Of a stretch of DNA of 64,000 nt, positions 31,446 through 44,229 are shown in pieces. Within the stretch, counting starts at the first letter, position 1. Each line of letters begins with the position of its first letter. The DNA lies in assembly GCF_030954495.1 (NCBI RefSeq), contig NZ_JAVHUW010000082.1, positions 173,108-237,107 of the forward strand. The letters are read 5' to 3'. The notes beneath the pieces were generated by a model. That model saw nothing but the letters and a program-made list of their open reading frames with translations. It did not search any database and was not told the DNA's origin. The DNA is from Candidatus Desulfosporosinus nitrosoreducens (GTDB lineage: Bacteria > Bacillota > Desulfitobacteriia > Desulfitobacteriales > Desulfitobacteriaceae). A program made the translations under genes and the position numbers.

Positions 31446-32579
31446 TTAATTAATTGATTTAGCCGAGAGCAAATTATTCAGCTGTTCAAGCAAGCTACCT
31501 CCACCGGTAAGCGATATATTTCCGATCTTATCACAGATTTTTTCTAAAAACTCCAGTTCCTTTAACCGATAAAGGGTTTGGTTTTCTTCCATCAGCTTTG
31601 CCGTATTTAAGAGACTTCTGGTCGAAGCGACTTCCTCTCTGCGGGTAATAACATTGGCTTGGGCTTTCTTTTCCGCAACCAACACGGTATTGAGGATTTC
31701 TTTAATATCGCCGGGCAGAATAATATCTTTTACCCCAACAAAAATGAATTCAACACCATAACTGGAGCTTTTCTCTTGAAATTTTCCAAGGACATAGCTC
31801 CCTACTTCATGTTTCTTTAAAAGAAGATCGTCTAACTTTAAAGATCCAATATACTCTCTTAAAATGAGCTGTAAAAAGATATAAAGCTGTTCCTCAAAGG
31901 ACTTTACTTCAATGACTTTTAGTGGATCGATAATTTTATACTGACAAACAAAATTCAGTCGTAATGTGATCTTGTCTTCCGTCATAATCTCTTGGCCCGT
32001 CATATCCATCTGCTGCTGCCTTAAATCTATATTTTTCACGGCAATATGTACCGGACTTTTCCAAAAGAAATATCTACCAGGTTCCAATATTTTATGAATT
32101 ATATTGTTGTAATAGAGAATCCCTTTTTCGTAGCTTGCAACTTCACAATAAGTCAAAAAACCGGCCAGCATCGGGTTACTATATACTGAAGGATCTATAT
32201 CCGATTGGACTTCGGGATTGCGTATATCTATGATAATAAACTCATGCTTTTTCATGATGTTCCAGAATGCATATTTTCCCGGCTTTAGCACCTCAATAAA
32301 CTTATTATCTTCAAAATGGATCGCAATCTCATAGTCCTGGACATCGATAACTGTAAGTTCCTGCAAAAGTTCATGATCTCCAAGAAACAGATTGATGTTT
32401 TTACCATTCGTCTCAAAAGTTTTGTTAACATCGGATGTCACAACTTGATATTTGATCAATGGATTAAAGTAATGTTTTCCAGGTTTTAAGCATTTCGTAT
32501 AGTTACCGTCTTTGAATAATAAACCTCTTTCATCATTCTTAATGCTTACCTTCATTTTAATCCATCCTTTTCTTAACAA
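31446..32579 (-). CDS. SPFH/band-7 domain protein with a triplicated N-terminal G..F.DG...LkPGKyfF motif, no TM helix
   Basis: C-terminal SPFH pattern (..RLNFVCQYKIIDPLKVI..IGSLKLDDLL..GVEFIFVGVKDIILPGDIKEILNTVLVAEKKAQANVITRREEVAS..). The N-terminus has three repeats (GLLFKDGNYTKCLKPGKHYF / FEDNKFIEVLKPGKYAFW / YYNNIIHKILEPGRYFFW). An alternative start lies at 32555. Confidence 0.6.
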   Translation of the reverse strand: MLRKGWIKMKVSIKNDERGLLFKDGNYTKCLKPGKHYFNPLIKYQVVTSDVNKTFETNGKNINLFLGDHELLQELTVIDVQDYEIAIHFEDNKFIEVLKPGKYAFWNIMKKHEFIIIDIRNPEVQSDIDPSVYSNPMLAGFLTYCEVASYEKGILYYNNIIHKILEPGRYFFWKSPVHIAVKNIDLRQQQMDMTGQEIMTEDKITLRLNFVCQYKIIDPLKVIEVKSFEEQLYIFLQLILREYIGSLKLDDLLLKKHEVGSYVLGKFQEKSSSYGVEFIFVGVKDIILPGDIKEILNTVLVAEKKAQANVITRREEVASTRSLLNTAKLMEENQTLYRLKELEFLEKICDKIGNISLTGGGSLLEQLNNLLSAKSIN

Positions 32580-32861
32580 TTTTGCTGAATCTTTTTCGAG
32601 AATCCTTTCGGAACTTTAGCGGAGTACTGCTTAAGAACAGAGCTTACCTATCTTTGTCATGAATCAATTGTTTCTGCCACAGACATAGCCTTGGCAAGAA
32701 CTGCTTCAGATAAGTTTAGGTTTGCTTTATTCGGTATCCGCGCACTTCATGGCTTAAATCCCGGCGTCTTTGCAGTTATACTGCCTAAACATAGGATTCT
32801 CTCCAAAGATTCATACTCCGGGTGACCATTGAGAGCTAACCATAGCTTCAGATCCTTAAAT

Positions 32862-32960
32862 CTGATGGGGATTCGAACCCCATATTGCCGAAGGCTCTGC
32901 CGCTGAGCTAATTACCTTACGGTAATGGAGGAATCGAACCTCCGTTCTTCGGTTATTGAG
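32862..32960 (-). ncRNA. candidate tRNA-like structured RNA (Y-RNA/YrlA-like). A closing stem encloses a TΨC-type hairpin, a GNRA hairpin and a D-arm-like hairpin, and is followed by a second TΨC-type hairpin.
   Basis: Minus-strand reading: CCGAAG-[GGAGG UUCGAUU CCUCC]-[AUUACC GUAA GGUAAU]-[GCUC AGCGGCA GAGC]-CUUCGG-CAAUAU-[GGGG UUCGAAU CCCC]. The T-loop motif is correct only on the minus strand. No anticodon arm or matching acceptor stem, so it is not a canonical tRNA. Confidence 0.45.
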
Positions 32961-33102
32961 TTCCATATTCCGATACCGGCATACCTAAATCTTAACAAGA
33001 TCAGGCACCGCAAGATCATACAGAAATCTAGGTAAAGGAATTAGAAACATTTTCAGTATACCGGGATAATTTACCGGTCAAAAGACAAAAAGTTTGCAAC
33101 AT

Positions 33103-35401
<2,299 letters not shown>

Positions 35402-35951
35402 TTATTACTCTTTAATTCATCTGCTTTCCTTTGTACTACTGTTCTTTATTTCTAGCGGCTCAAAGCAATGGGAATCTAATTTATGTCAAAGGCACTTATT
35501 GCCGTACCAGTTGCCCATTGCGGAGACTGTAACGAATATTCTAGCGCTTCAATAGTTGTGGGAGGAAAGAGGTCATAATGCCAGTAACATCAATGATAGA
35601 CAGTAGTAGAGGCTAAAGTGCTGTATTATGAGCGCCTGCTCGAACTTGTGCTTGGAGAACTTCATCAGAGATTAATAGGGAATATAAAATATAGATAAAT
35701 TGAACCAGGTTATACTATCAACATGCTAAATGCTGTAAATTGTGGGATGAAAAGTTTATTGAATTGTAATTTTATTTTCTGATTGAAGAATACAAAATTG
35801 TCATTTTATTTAATTTATAATAAGTGTTATGATTGAGAAAAGTTAGATTAGTATGAATTGAGTGAATAGTTTGTAAAGAAATTTCAGCTAAAATATTTCA
35901 ATATAATTTGCAATGTATACATCACAAAAATTATGTTGAGAGGTGGACTAA

Positions 35952-36485
35952 ATGGGGAGAAAAAATATAATCATTGGCGTTACTCCTGTAGAATTCGATA
36001 ATATGCCGGAGTCATTAATTGGTAAGTTCACGCTTGCGGTTGTAGGGGTTCGGGATTTGTACAATAAAATGACACACGAGTGGGCAGTAGAGCGCAATAT
36101 TGATCTTGAAGTGAACAACAAGTGTAATATGCAAACAGCTATATCTATATCTATGACAAAAGACTGCATTTCTTTAGAGGCTTTAAGTATTTTAATGCGA
36201 GTAGGCAGAAGACCTGTGTTAATTGCGCTTGCTCAAAAGAGCGGAATACCACACCTAGTGTTTCGCGTAAAAAACAAAGTAATATTTAGCTATAATCTTT
36301 TAATTTTTGATACTTTAGAAGACGCGACAAATATGGCTAAACTCTTTGTTACTCAAGCGAACAACTATTCCAGTGTTCTTGAAAGGTATTCGTACGAAGC
36401 GACTGGATTAATATCTAATGCGAGTATGTTTTACCGTGAAATAACTCCTAGTTATGAGCCAAGTTCTCAATTGGCCAATAATTAA
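35952..36485 (+). CDS. hypothetical protein, divergent from the WYL pair
   Basis: 177-aa ORF followed by two terminator-like hairpins (36505-36545, 36628-36670). Confidence 0.45.
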   Translation: MGRKNIIIGVTPVEFDNMPESLIGKFTLAVVGVRDLYNKMTHEWAVERNIDLEVNNKCNMQTAISISMTKDCISLEALSILMRVGRRPVLIALAQKSGIPHLVFRVKNKVIFSYNLLIFDTLEDATNMAKLFVTQANNYSSVLERYSYEATGLISNASMFYREITPSYEPSSQLANN

Positions 36486-36973
36486 ATAAACTTATCGGAG
36501 AAGAGGATTTAAAAAGCCGCTCCAAAGTGACCACTTTTCGTAGCGGCCGACGAATGTGGTGTGTGGTTTTATTATGCTTTTTAAACAGATAGTACACTTA
36601 GTTCAGAACTGATTGGAAGCTTGAGTTAAGGGCGAGTTGATTACGTTGTAAGCAGCTCGCCCTTATTGAGATTGTAAAAAAACGAATGCTTTTATTTGTT
36701 ACCTACTCGTCCTTCATCTGATAGTATTGAAAATTTGCATAGGATTATCCTGATTTTGGGGCATGTCAGAAAATCGATGAATTTCAATCGCCTCTGTTTT
36801 CTAGAATGCTCTCGTGTAGAGTTCAATTGCTTCTTGGCAGTTACCTAGAAACTTTCTTTGAATAAAAACGGGGAATTGGTTCCTTCATGTCACACTCGGA
36901 GATGAGGGCCGCAAGTCCCTTTCCCAGTGAGGGCAGGTACCACATCGAGAGATAATTAGTGACCAAACTTCGC

Positions 36974-38626
36974 CTAAATTTTGAACCGCCCAACGACAAG
37001 GTTAAGTTCACTCGAAAGGTCATTCAACGTATTCATATTTGCACTCACTTCTTCAAAAGAAGCTGTCTGTTCTTGTACTGCAGCAGCAACATTTTGCGTA
37101 TTGCTGGAGTTATTCGTAACAACTTCCGCAATCTTACTGGCGGAATTTGTGATTACCTCAAAATTGTTCTTGATTGTCAAATTGATGGATTCAATTTCTT
37201 TTGCATCTGAATAAGTAGTGTCTGCTTTTTGAACAATTTCACTTAATTTATTCATTACAACATCCATGTTTTGAGACTGGCTGTCAATACGTTCAGCCAT
37301 TAGCGTCATGTTATCTCTTACCATGACTGTTTGTCCTGTTATATTGTTAATAATTTCAGATATTTGAATTGTTGCTTGACCTGTACCCTCTGCCAGTTTT
37401 CTAATTTCTCCAGCAACTACAGCGAATCCCCTTCCGGATTCACCTGCACGAGCGGCCTCTATAGCCGCATTCAAGGCCAGTAAATTGGTTTGACTGGATA
37501 TACTATCGATAATCTTCAAGATGCCTATAATATCATTGGAATATCCTTCAAGTAGTTTTACAGCATCATTGGCATCCCCTAAGCTTGAAACGACTTCCGT
37601 TAAGCCTCTTGCCTGCAGCTTCAAAAGTTGATTTCCTTCTCCTGCAGAAGCTTTAGAACTCTCTGAACCTTGAAGCAAATTCTCGGTTTTATAAAGCACC
37701 TTGCCCACATCCACATTCATCTGCTCTACTAATGTATTAAGACCGCCAATCATCTCCGTTTGTTCTACGCTGCCGTCAGAAACCTCCATTACAGCATTAG
37801 CAATCATTTCTGTGGACTTAGATAGTTCATGGCTAGTTCCAGAGATGCCCTGCATCGAGTTACTAAGCACATCAGATGAATTAGAAATCTTAGTAACTAT
37901 CTCCCTGATACTGGCCAGGAAGCCGTTAAAATGCTTGATCAATTCTCCAAGTTCATCCTGCCTTACAATGTTGATCGTCGTCGTTAAGTCACCCTCACCA
38001 GAAGAAATTTCTTTCATTTCCTTTGAAAGTCGTTCAATCGGGCGTATAACTTGTACTCTAACCATTATTATGCCAAAAATGCCAAAGAGGACCGTGATTA
38101 ATAGCATGATATCGCTAATAATCTTTGCATTTGTAACTTTACTTTGTGATAAGGCCGAATATCCGCCAACAAATTGATCTACTTCAGTTACAAAGCCGTC
38201 AACTGAACCCTCAATGCTACCTAGTCCATGTCTATCTCCATTTTTGGCTATCGCTTCATAGGCAGGTTTATACTGATTTTCCCATTTGCTCTCAATGGAT
38301 TGCAATTTTTGCAACATTTCTGGCTGTTGCAGTTTTTTTAGCCCAAGAGATTCATCCCCATTTATCAATGACTTAATTAGGTTATCAAAAAATACAATCC
38401 TTTCCTGTAGCTGTTTGCTCTCTGTTTCTTGATCAACTCCACCGATTATTATTCGTTCTGATAGGTATGCCATTCTGTAGCTGTTCGCTCTTAATTTTCC
38501 GGCGTAGTTTACAAAGGCGGCATCACTGTCTAATGATTTATAAGTAATTAAATTCAGGCTGACAATGGCCATGGTTAGAAATATCATGATAGAAAACACT
38601 AATAAAAGCTTCACCTTAATTTTCAT
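36974..38626 (-). CDS. methyl-accepting chemotaxis protein (periplasmic sensor + HAMP + MCP domain)
   Basis: MCP signalling motif [34 protein letters not shown]. Two TM helices bracket a sensor domain. The start was set at MKIKVKLL. Confidence 0.85.
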   Translation of the reverse strand: MKIKVKLLLVFSIMIFLTMAIVSLNLITYKSLDSDAAFVNYAGKLRANSYRMAYLSERIIIGGVDQETESKQLQERIVFFDNLIKSLINGDESLGLKKLQQPEMLQKLQSIESKWENQYKPAYEAIAKNGDRHGLGSIEGSVDGFVTEVDQFVGGYSALSQSKVTNAKIISDIMLLITVLFGIFGIIMVRVQVIRPIERLSKEMKEISSGEGDLTTTINIVRQDELGELIKHFNGFLASIREIVTKISNSSDVLSNSMQGISGTSHELSKSTEMIANAVMEVSDGSVEQTEMIGGLNTLVEQMNVDVGKVLYKTENLLQGSESSKASAGEGNQLLKLQARGLTEVVSSLGDANDAVKLLEGYSNDIIGILKIIDSISSQTNLLALNAAIEAARAGESGRGFAVVAGEIRKLAEGTGQATIQISEIINNITGQTVMVRDNMTLMAERIDSQSQNMDVVMNKLSEIVQKADTTYSDAKEIESINLTIKNNFEVITNSASKIAEVVTNNSSNTQNVAAAVQEQTASFEEVSANMNTLNDLSSELNLVVGRFKI

Positions 38627-39001
38627 TTTATCATCCCTTCTCCTCAATTTGGTTCTCTTTGTGGTGCTTAAATTTGACACTTTAAAGACAGGTGGGCTAT
38701 GTATTATTAATATATTTTTATAGGAGTCAGATACTCCAAAAGTACCAGCACTGCACCTTTAGATGGCTTTCTAAGCCTTATAAATAATTCGTTTCTTTAC
38801 GATACATTCCACATTTTTTCTACATTTCCTCTCAAGATAACAGAAATAACCTAAGAAAAAACCAAAACCAGATTGAATTCATGTAAATTAAGTCCCACAC
38901 CTTTAATTTCAAGCAGTTTCCCCACGTCTGGTATTTGCCTACACATAAATTAACTAATAAATGAACTTTCCCATCTCCTTTAAGAGGATGGGAAAGTTCA
39001 T

Positions 39002-39688
39002 TTATTTATCCTTAGATGATGTCAAGTTAACCCCCATGGCACGATGGATTCCTCGGTATGTGCCACATAGAGTCCAGACCGCCATCTGTCTTGGAGAATA
39101 CTCCATTCCGTTTTCCAACCACCACGTCAGGACACTTACCGGCCAAGAAGCTAAGCATGCTAGCCCGACATCAAGAGGCATATCGTTGTCTGATCTTTGA
39201 AGCGGCAACTTTTTTTTAACCTTGATGTTTTTATAGAAGCTATTCTTTAGGTAATCGATCAGCTGTGCGGTGAACCAGGCGCTGCCGCGCCGACCTAGCA
39301 TTGCCTGGTAAAGTCGGGCATATTTGGCAAAGTGTTCAAAAAATTTGATCCAGGCCTCGATTGCGGACTGCACCTTGGGACTAACCGAGTTGGGATTCTC
39401 TAGGTACGATTCAGCAAAAATCTCGTTATGCCATTGGTAGATTGCATCCATGTCATCTGGTGGGTGTCCCAGCTCGCTAAGCAGCTTATCAACAGACTCC
39501 TGAAAAATGCTGGTGACCAGTTCATATTTGTCGTGGTAGTGCCGGTAGAAGGTGGCCCGGTTAATCATCGCCCGCTCAGCTATATCTCCTACCGTGACCG
39601 CATCAAAACCCTTCTCGGAGATCAGGTCGATCAGAGCCTCTCGCAGATCGGCCTTCGTGCGCTTAATCCTTAAATCAGTCTGCATCAT
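39002..39688 (-). CDS. TetR-family transcriptional regulator
   Basis: HTH LREALIDLISEKGFDAVTVGDIAERAMINRATFYRHYHDKYELV. Confidence 0.8.
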   Translation of the reverse strand: MMQTDLRIKRTKADLREALIDLISEKGFDAVTVGDIAERAMINRATFYRHYHDKYELVTSIFQESVDKLLSELGHPPDDMDAIYQWHNEIFAESYLENPNSVSPKVQSAIEAWIKFFEHFAKYARLYQAMLGRRGSAWFTAQLIDYLKNSFYKNIKVKKKLPLQRSDNDMPLDVGLACLASWPVSVLTWWLENGMEYSPRQMAVWTLCGTYRGIHRAMGVNLTSSKDK

Positions 39689-39759
39689 ATTCCTCCTTTT
39701 GTTGCATATGCAACAGATTTCCAAATTTGATACTTGTTTGCCACGTATCCCTGGCTATA

Positions 39760-39887
39760 ATTAGTTATGTAACATTATAATGCATAACTGCTGAATTACT
39801 AGTTATGTAATATTATAGCGTATAACTTCTGAATTATTAGTTATGTAATATTATAACGTATAACTACTGAATTACTACATAATACAG
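39760..39887. promoter_or_regulatory. 3.4 tandem copies of a 38-bp unit, each with an internal inverted repeat (agttatg..cataact). Likely a multi-operator array in the TetR/SDR divergent promoter.
   Basis: attagttatgtaacattataatgcataactgctgaatt / actagttatgtaatattatagcgtataacttctgaatt / attagttatgtaatattataacgtataactactgaatt / actacataatacag. Confidence 0.6.
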
Positions 39888-40022
39888 AAAAGAGAAGTAG
39901 TGAAGATATCAGAAACACTGGAAGATTTCACTCATTTTAATAAATATTCAAAGCATAGACGTGGACGAGTACCAGGCGTTTGGAGCTTTGATATAAAACA
40001 ACTGAATGGAGGGGTTCTAACT

Positions 40023-40793
40023 GTGAAATTAAGCGGAAATACGGTACTGATTACCGGTGGTGCAACAGGTATAGGGTTTGCCCTGGCGGAAGAATTTCTG
40101 GATAAGGGCAATAAAGTCATCATCTGTGGGCGAAGAGAACAGAAGCTTCTGGAAGCGCAGAAAAAACATCCGGATTTAAGTATTAAGGTTTGTGATGTCG
40201 CCGACGAATTAAGCAGAAAAGAACTTTATGAATGGATTAAAGCCAACTTTCCCGATGTAAACGTTCTGATAAACAATGCCGGCATTCAAAGAAATATTGA
40301 TTTCACCAAAGGCACGGAAGAATTATTCAGCGGAGAAAACGAAATAAGGATAAACCAGGAAGGGCCAATTTTCCTTTCTGCCCTGTTTATCCCTTTATTA
40401 TCCGGTAAAAATGAAGCAGCAATAGTAAATGTAACAGCGGGTTCGGGCTTTTTCCCTGCAGCAAATCAGCCGGTTTACAGCGCGACTAAAGCCGGCATGC
40501 ACATGTTCTCAGTTATTATCAGGCAGCAGCTTGCACAAATGGGCATCAGGGTTTTTGAAGCGATAGCGCCGGGAATTTTGGATACAGAATTAAACTTGGA
40601 AGGGAGAATAAAATTCAGAAGAGAAAATCCGAACTTTACAACCCCGTCTCCTGCTGAATATGCAGCAGCAGTTTTAAAAGGAATGGAAGAAAATAATTAT
40701 GAAATAGGCTACGACTATACCAATGACTGGAAAAATGCGTCCAGAGCCGATCTGGATAAAATGTTTGCAGATCAGTTTTCTAATAGAAAATAG
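40023..40793 (+). CDS. short-chain dehydrogenase/reductase (SDR)
   Basis: Cofactor-binding motif TGGATGIGFALA, NNAG, and catalytic Y-x3-K (YSATKAGMHMF). A GTG start with a GGAGGGG RBS was chosen. Confidence 0.8.
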   Translation: MKLSGNTVLITGGATGIGFALAEEFLDKGNKVIICGRREQKLLEAQKKHPDLSIKVCDVADELSRKELYEWIKANFPDVNVLINNAGIQRNIDFTKGTEELFSGENEIRINQEGPIFLSALFIPLLSGKNEAAIVNVTAGSGFFPAANQPVYSATKAGMHMFSVIIRQQLAQMGIRVFEAIAPGILDTELNLEGRIKFRRENPNFTTPSPAEYAAAVLKGMEENNYEIGYDYTNDWKNASRADLDKMFADQFSNRK

Positions 40794-40864
40794 GATTATT
40801 CCGATCCACCACCTTAGAGGCGGGGACTTCTAGTCGATGTTAAAATTACTAGGGAGGTAAAATT

Positions 40865-41575
40865 ATGGAAGACTTATTAAGTTTAATCAAGACAAGGCAG
40901 TCGTCAAGAGGTCTGTTTGACACAAACAGGTCCATATCAAAAGAAGACCTCAATAAGATTCTCGAAGCCGGAGGCTGGGCACCTACTGCCCACAATATGC
41001 AAAATTTTGAAATAGTTGTAGTTGATGATCCGAAGATTCTTGAGGCAATTGGAAATGTCAAGATAACCAGACCAAAAAGTGCTATTGAAGAAAACAATAA
41101 CTATGTGTCTGCTTCTGAAGAAGAACTGCAAAGCAGAAAGTCCGGGATTTTGAATAGTATGCCTAGTGCCATAACAGAACACGGTAAAGACCCTTTATAT
41201 GAGTATTTGAGAAAATCTATAACCGCAACCAGCGTGCTTTTAATTGTAATGTATGATCCTCGTAAACGGGCTCCTGGCTCAGAAGGAGATTTTCTGGGTA
41301 AAATTAGCCTTGGTTGTGTTATGGAAAATATGTGGCTTATGGCGCATTCTCTGGGAATAGGTCTGCAGATAGTCAGTGCCGTGGGTTATAGCGATGATTA
41401 TGAAAAGCAGATAAAAGGCATCCTGGGTATCCCTGAATATTTTGAGCGTGCCTATTCGTGCCGTTTGGGCTATCCTGTTTCAACTAAGGGAAATTATTTA
41501 CGTGTACGTCGTGATCTAGAAGACTATACTCATTATAATCACTTTGGGAATAATAATGAGAGCAAAAAAGTATAG
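40865..41575 (+). CDS. nitroreductase-family protein
   Basis: RQSSRGLFDTNRSISKEDLNKILEAGGWAPTAHNMQNFEIVVV is a typical nitroreductase N-terminus. Confidence 0.75.
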   Translation: MEDLLSLIKTRQSSRGLFDTNRSISKEDLNKILEAGGWAPTAHNMQNFEIVVVDDPKILEAIGNVKITRPKSAIEENNNYVSASEEELQSRKSGILNSMPSAITEHGKDPLYEYLRKSITATSVLLIVMYDPRKRAPGSEGDFLGKISLGCVMENMWLMAHSLGIGLQIVSAVGYSDDYEKQIKGILGIPEYFERAYSCRLGYPVSTKGNYLRVRRDLEDYTHYNHFGNNNESKKV

Positions 41576-41903
41576 GTAATGTCATGATGCCCGACGTCAC
41601 TCCGCCGATGTTTATGAATTTAACTTTAAAACCGAATCAGTCTCCCGCTTGTAGAAGCGAAAGATGAATTCGGCAGTTTGGCATCCAACTCAGTGGGAGT
41701 ACATGTATTCCGCATTCCGTTCAGGCCACGTATTCCGCTTTCCATTCGTGCCGGGCGTAGCCCGGATGCAGTTAACCCCCACTGAACCCCCAAGCAAAGC
41801 GAGTTGCTTGGTAAGGCTTGAATTTCTCCAAATTGAGTTAAGAGTCTTTTAACCAATAATGATATAGGTTTCTCGGCTTACAAGGTTGTTGGCTATGCAG
41901 ATC

Positions 41904-42815
41904 TTACAAAATTCCATTTAGTTTGGGATAAACCGTAAGCACATTTTGATAAAATACAGCTTCGTGGTACTCTTCCGGTATGACATGCTTGATAAATTCC
42001 ACATAAGGTTTAATCGGTACAAGTGGCCAATCCGTTCCAAAAAGAACTTTATTATAGCAATTCGATATGACTAAGGCTTGTTGAATATACTCGACGTAAA
42101 GCCTTTTATCTTTGATTTTCATCACGTGCTCTTTATTCCCTGCAATGAGTCCGGATAAGTCTGCGTAAACATTATGATTCTTGGCGGTGACCTCTGCTGC
42201 ATCAATCATCCACGGGACGCCCATATGACAGATCACAAACGTAATGTCCTCTTGTTTTACAGCTAACTCATCAATCGTTAATGGATGGGAATATTTTAAA
42301 AGCCCTTTTGGGGATTGTGTATCCCCACAATGAATCGCCACAGGAACCTGGTATTTGCGAGCAAGCTCATAGATGGGATCATAAATCGAATCGTACACGT
42401 AATAGGGAAAATAACCGGGATAGAGTTTAATCCCTGTCACCCCCCCTTTTTTAAGTTCTCCTTCAATATAATCAAGTTCTTTGTGATCTTCCTTTAGCCT
42501 TTCAGGATTGACCCCTACACAAGAAAGTAAACCTTCTACAGTCCCATCTTCCAAAACAAATTCTTCCGGACTCCCCGAAGGTTGGTTGGGCTCCCGGCTG
42601 GGCGTTGACATGATGATTCCAGCGACAACACCGGCTTGTTCAAACTCTTGTCTTAGCCCTTGAGCACTATATTCCACTTGTGATATATGTTTGGCCGTTT
42701 CATTAAATCCAGGGCGACATGAAAAATGCAAATGCGCGTCAATGATTTTCAAAATAACATCCTCCGTATTTGGTATCCTATCAATTTCAAATTTATTTCC
42801 TTCATTATATCTCAT
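41904..42815 (-). CDS. amidohydrolase-2-family (TIM-barrel) metal-dependent hydrolase
   Basis: KIIDAHLHFS opening, later HCG and D residues in the Amidohydro_2 pattern. Confidence 0.65.
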   Translation of the reverse strand: MRYNEGNKFEIDRIPNTEDVILKIIDAHLHFSCRPGFNETAKHISQVEYSAQGLRQEFEQAGVVAGIIMSTPSREPNQPSGSPEEFVLEDGTVEGLLSCVGVNPERLKEDHKELDYIEGELKKGGVTGIKLYPGYFPYYVYDSIYDPIYELARKYQVPVAIHCGDTQSPKGLLKYSHPLTIDELAVKQEDITFVICHMGVPWMIDAAEVTAKNHNVYADLSGLIAGNKEHVMKIKDKRLYVEYIQQALVISNCYNKVLFGTDWPLVPIKPYVEFIKHVIPEEYHEAVFYQNVLTVYPKLNGIL

Positions 42816-42873
42816 TTTGTTATTGTTCCTGTTTAAATTTCGCTAACGCATCAGCTAAGGCCGTGTTCAATTG

Positions 42874-43653
42874 TTATATTTCATTAGCGTTCCTGATAAT
42901 TTCAAGATACTTTCTAAGTTCTTCAAGAAGATATTCCCCGATTAAGGACACCATTTCTGTCGAATCATTACCCTTTGAATAACTTATAAAGGCCTCATAA
43001 TATCGCCTGCGATCAGCGAATTTAATATTAATTGGAGGATAACCTTCTTTCATAAGCTCAAGGTTAAGCAATAATCGACCTGTCCTTCCGTTGCCATCAA
43101 GAAACGGATGGATAGTTTCAAATGCCAGATGAAAGTTTGATATTCGTTCAATAATGTGAAGAGCTATCATCTCCTGATATTTTTTAACGAGTTGTTCCAT
43201 TAATGAAGGTACAAGATAAGGTTGCGGTGGAGTATAAGCAGCACCCATAATGGTTACCGGAACTCGTCTGTATACTCCCCTGTCTTCTCGTCTGTCCATT
43301 AGGACCAGGCTCTGGATTTCTTTAATAACTTTTTCCGATATTTGAACCTTATTTTTGACTAATTCCTCTACATATAACCATGCTTCTTTATGGCCTACCG
43401 CTTCTAGATGGTCCTTAAGAGGTTTTCTGTCGATAGTAATTCCTTCTTTTAGAATAAGAGCTGTTTCCTGTAATGTTAAAGTATTTCCCTCTATAGCATT
43501 CGAGTTATATGTAAAATTAATTAAAAACTCTTCCCTTAATCTTAGGAGTTCACCTTCGGTAAGAGGCCGATATGAATTTAACTCCCGTAACATTTCATCA
43601 AACTTAACAAAATTAAGTATCACACATCCCTCGTTTCTAAACGTGTTTTTCAC
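42874..43653 (-). CDS. Fic/DOC-family protein (putative AMPylase/toxin)
   Basis: Fic motif HPFLDGNGRTGR. Confidence 0.85.
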   Translation of the reverse strand: MKNTFRNEGCVILNFVKFDEMLRELNSYRPLTEGELLRLREEFLINFTYNSNAIEGNTLTLQETALILKEGITIDRKPLKDHLEAVGHKEAWLYVEELVKNKVQISEKVIKEIQSLVLMDRREDRGVYRRVPVTIMGAAYTPPQPYLVPSLMEQLVKKYQEMIALHIIERISNFHLAFETIHPFLDGNGRTGRLLLNLELMKEGYPPINIKFADRRRYYEAFISYSKGNDSTEMVSLIGEYLLEELRKYLEIIRNANEI

Positions 43654-43724
43654 AAAACCACAACCATATTATACCAATAATACGGTTGTAAATATATAGA
43701 TCATACACCAGCAATAAAAATGAT

Positions 43725-44177
43725 CTATTCATACTCTGACAATTGTAGTAACTGATTATAGAGATCCTTATTTATTAAATGTTCCAGTTCTAAATCTTTG
43801 ATTAAGCTTACTAAACCAAATGCCCAAAAATCATCATTTTCTTTAATTGAACGCTTTGAGGCATCCTCAATAGAAGAAAGAAGGTCAGTTGGGCTTATAG
43901 CCCGAAATATTTCAACGATTGTTCTAACCCCAGGCCAATTAACATCTTGGAACCATTCCATAAGATAGGACAGGACTGGCTTAATGCGTGGATAGCCAAT
44001 TGCTTTCAAAACTAACGCCGCATTATGCCAGCAATATTTATAATTAAGTTCATTCTGTTGAGCTAAATAAATGATATCCCTATCATCTATTTCTTGCAAT
44101 TGTTCCATAGCCTTCTTCTGAACATCTTCTGGCTTACTCCAATCCAAATCACGTATTATGTTAAAAATATTATCCAT
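43725..44177 (-). CDS. hypothetical protein (150 aa), the middle gene of the DUF1653-x-Fic cassette
   Basis: ORF between DUF1653 and fic on the same strand. Confidence 0.45.
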   Translation of the reverse strand: MDNIFNIIRDLDWSKPEDVQKKAMEQLQEIDDRDIIYLAQQNELNYKYCWHNAALVLKAIGYPRIKPVLSYLMEWFQDVNWPGVRTIVEIFRAISPTDLLSSIEDASKRSIKENDDFWAFGLVSLIKDLELEHLINKDLYNQLLQLSEYE

Positions 44178-44229
44178 TCCCTATGCCCCGCTCTGAAATT
44201 GTTTTGATATACTTAATATCCCCATAGCC

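Noticed and set aside
32862-32960. Canonical tRNA gene or tRNA-derived att site
   Set aside because: The T-loop and D-arm hairpins are present but there is no anticodon stem-loop. D-arm to T-arm spacing is 13 nt instead of ~22, and no 7-bp acceptor pairing exists. The element order (T, GNRA, D) is permuted. An integrase remnant is not excluded, but no integrase gene is nearby.
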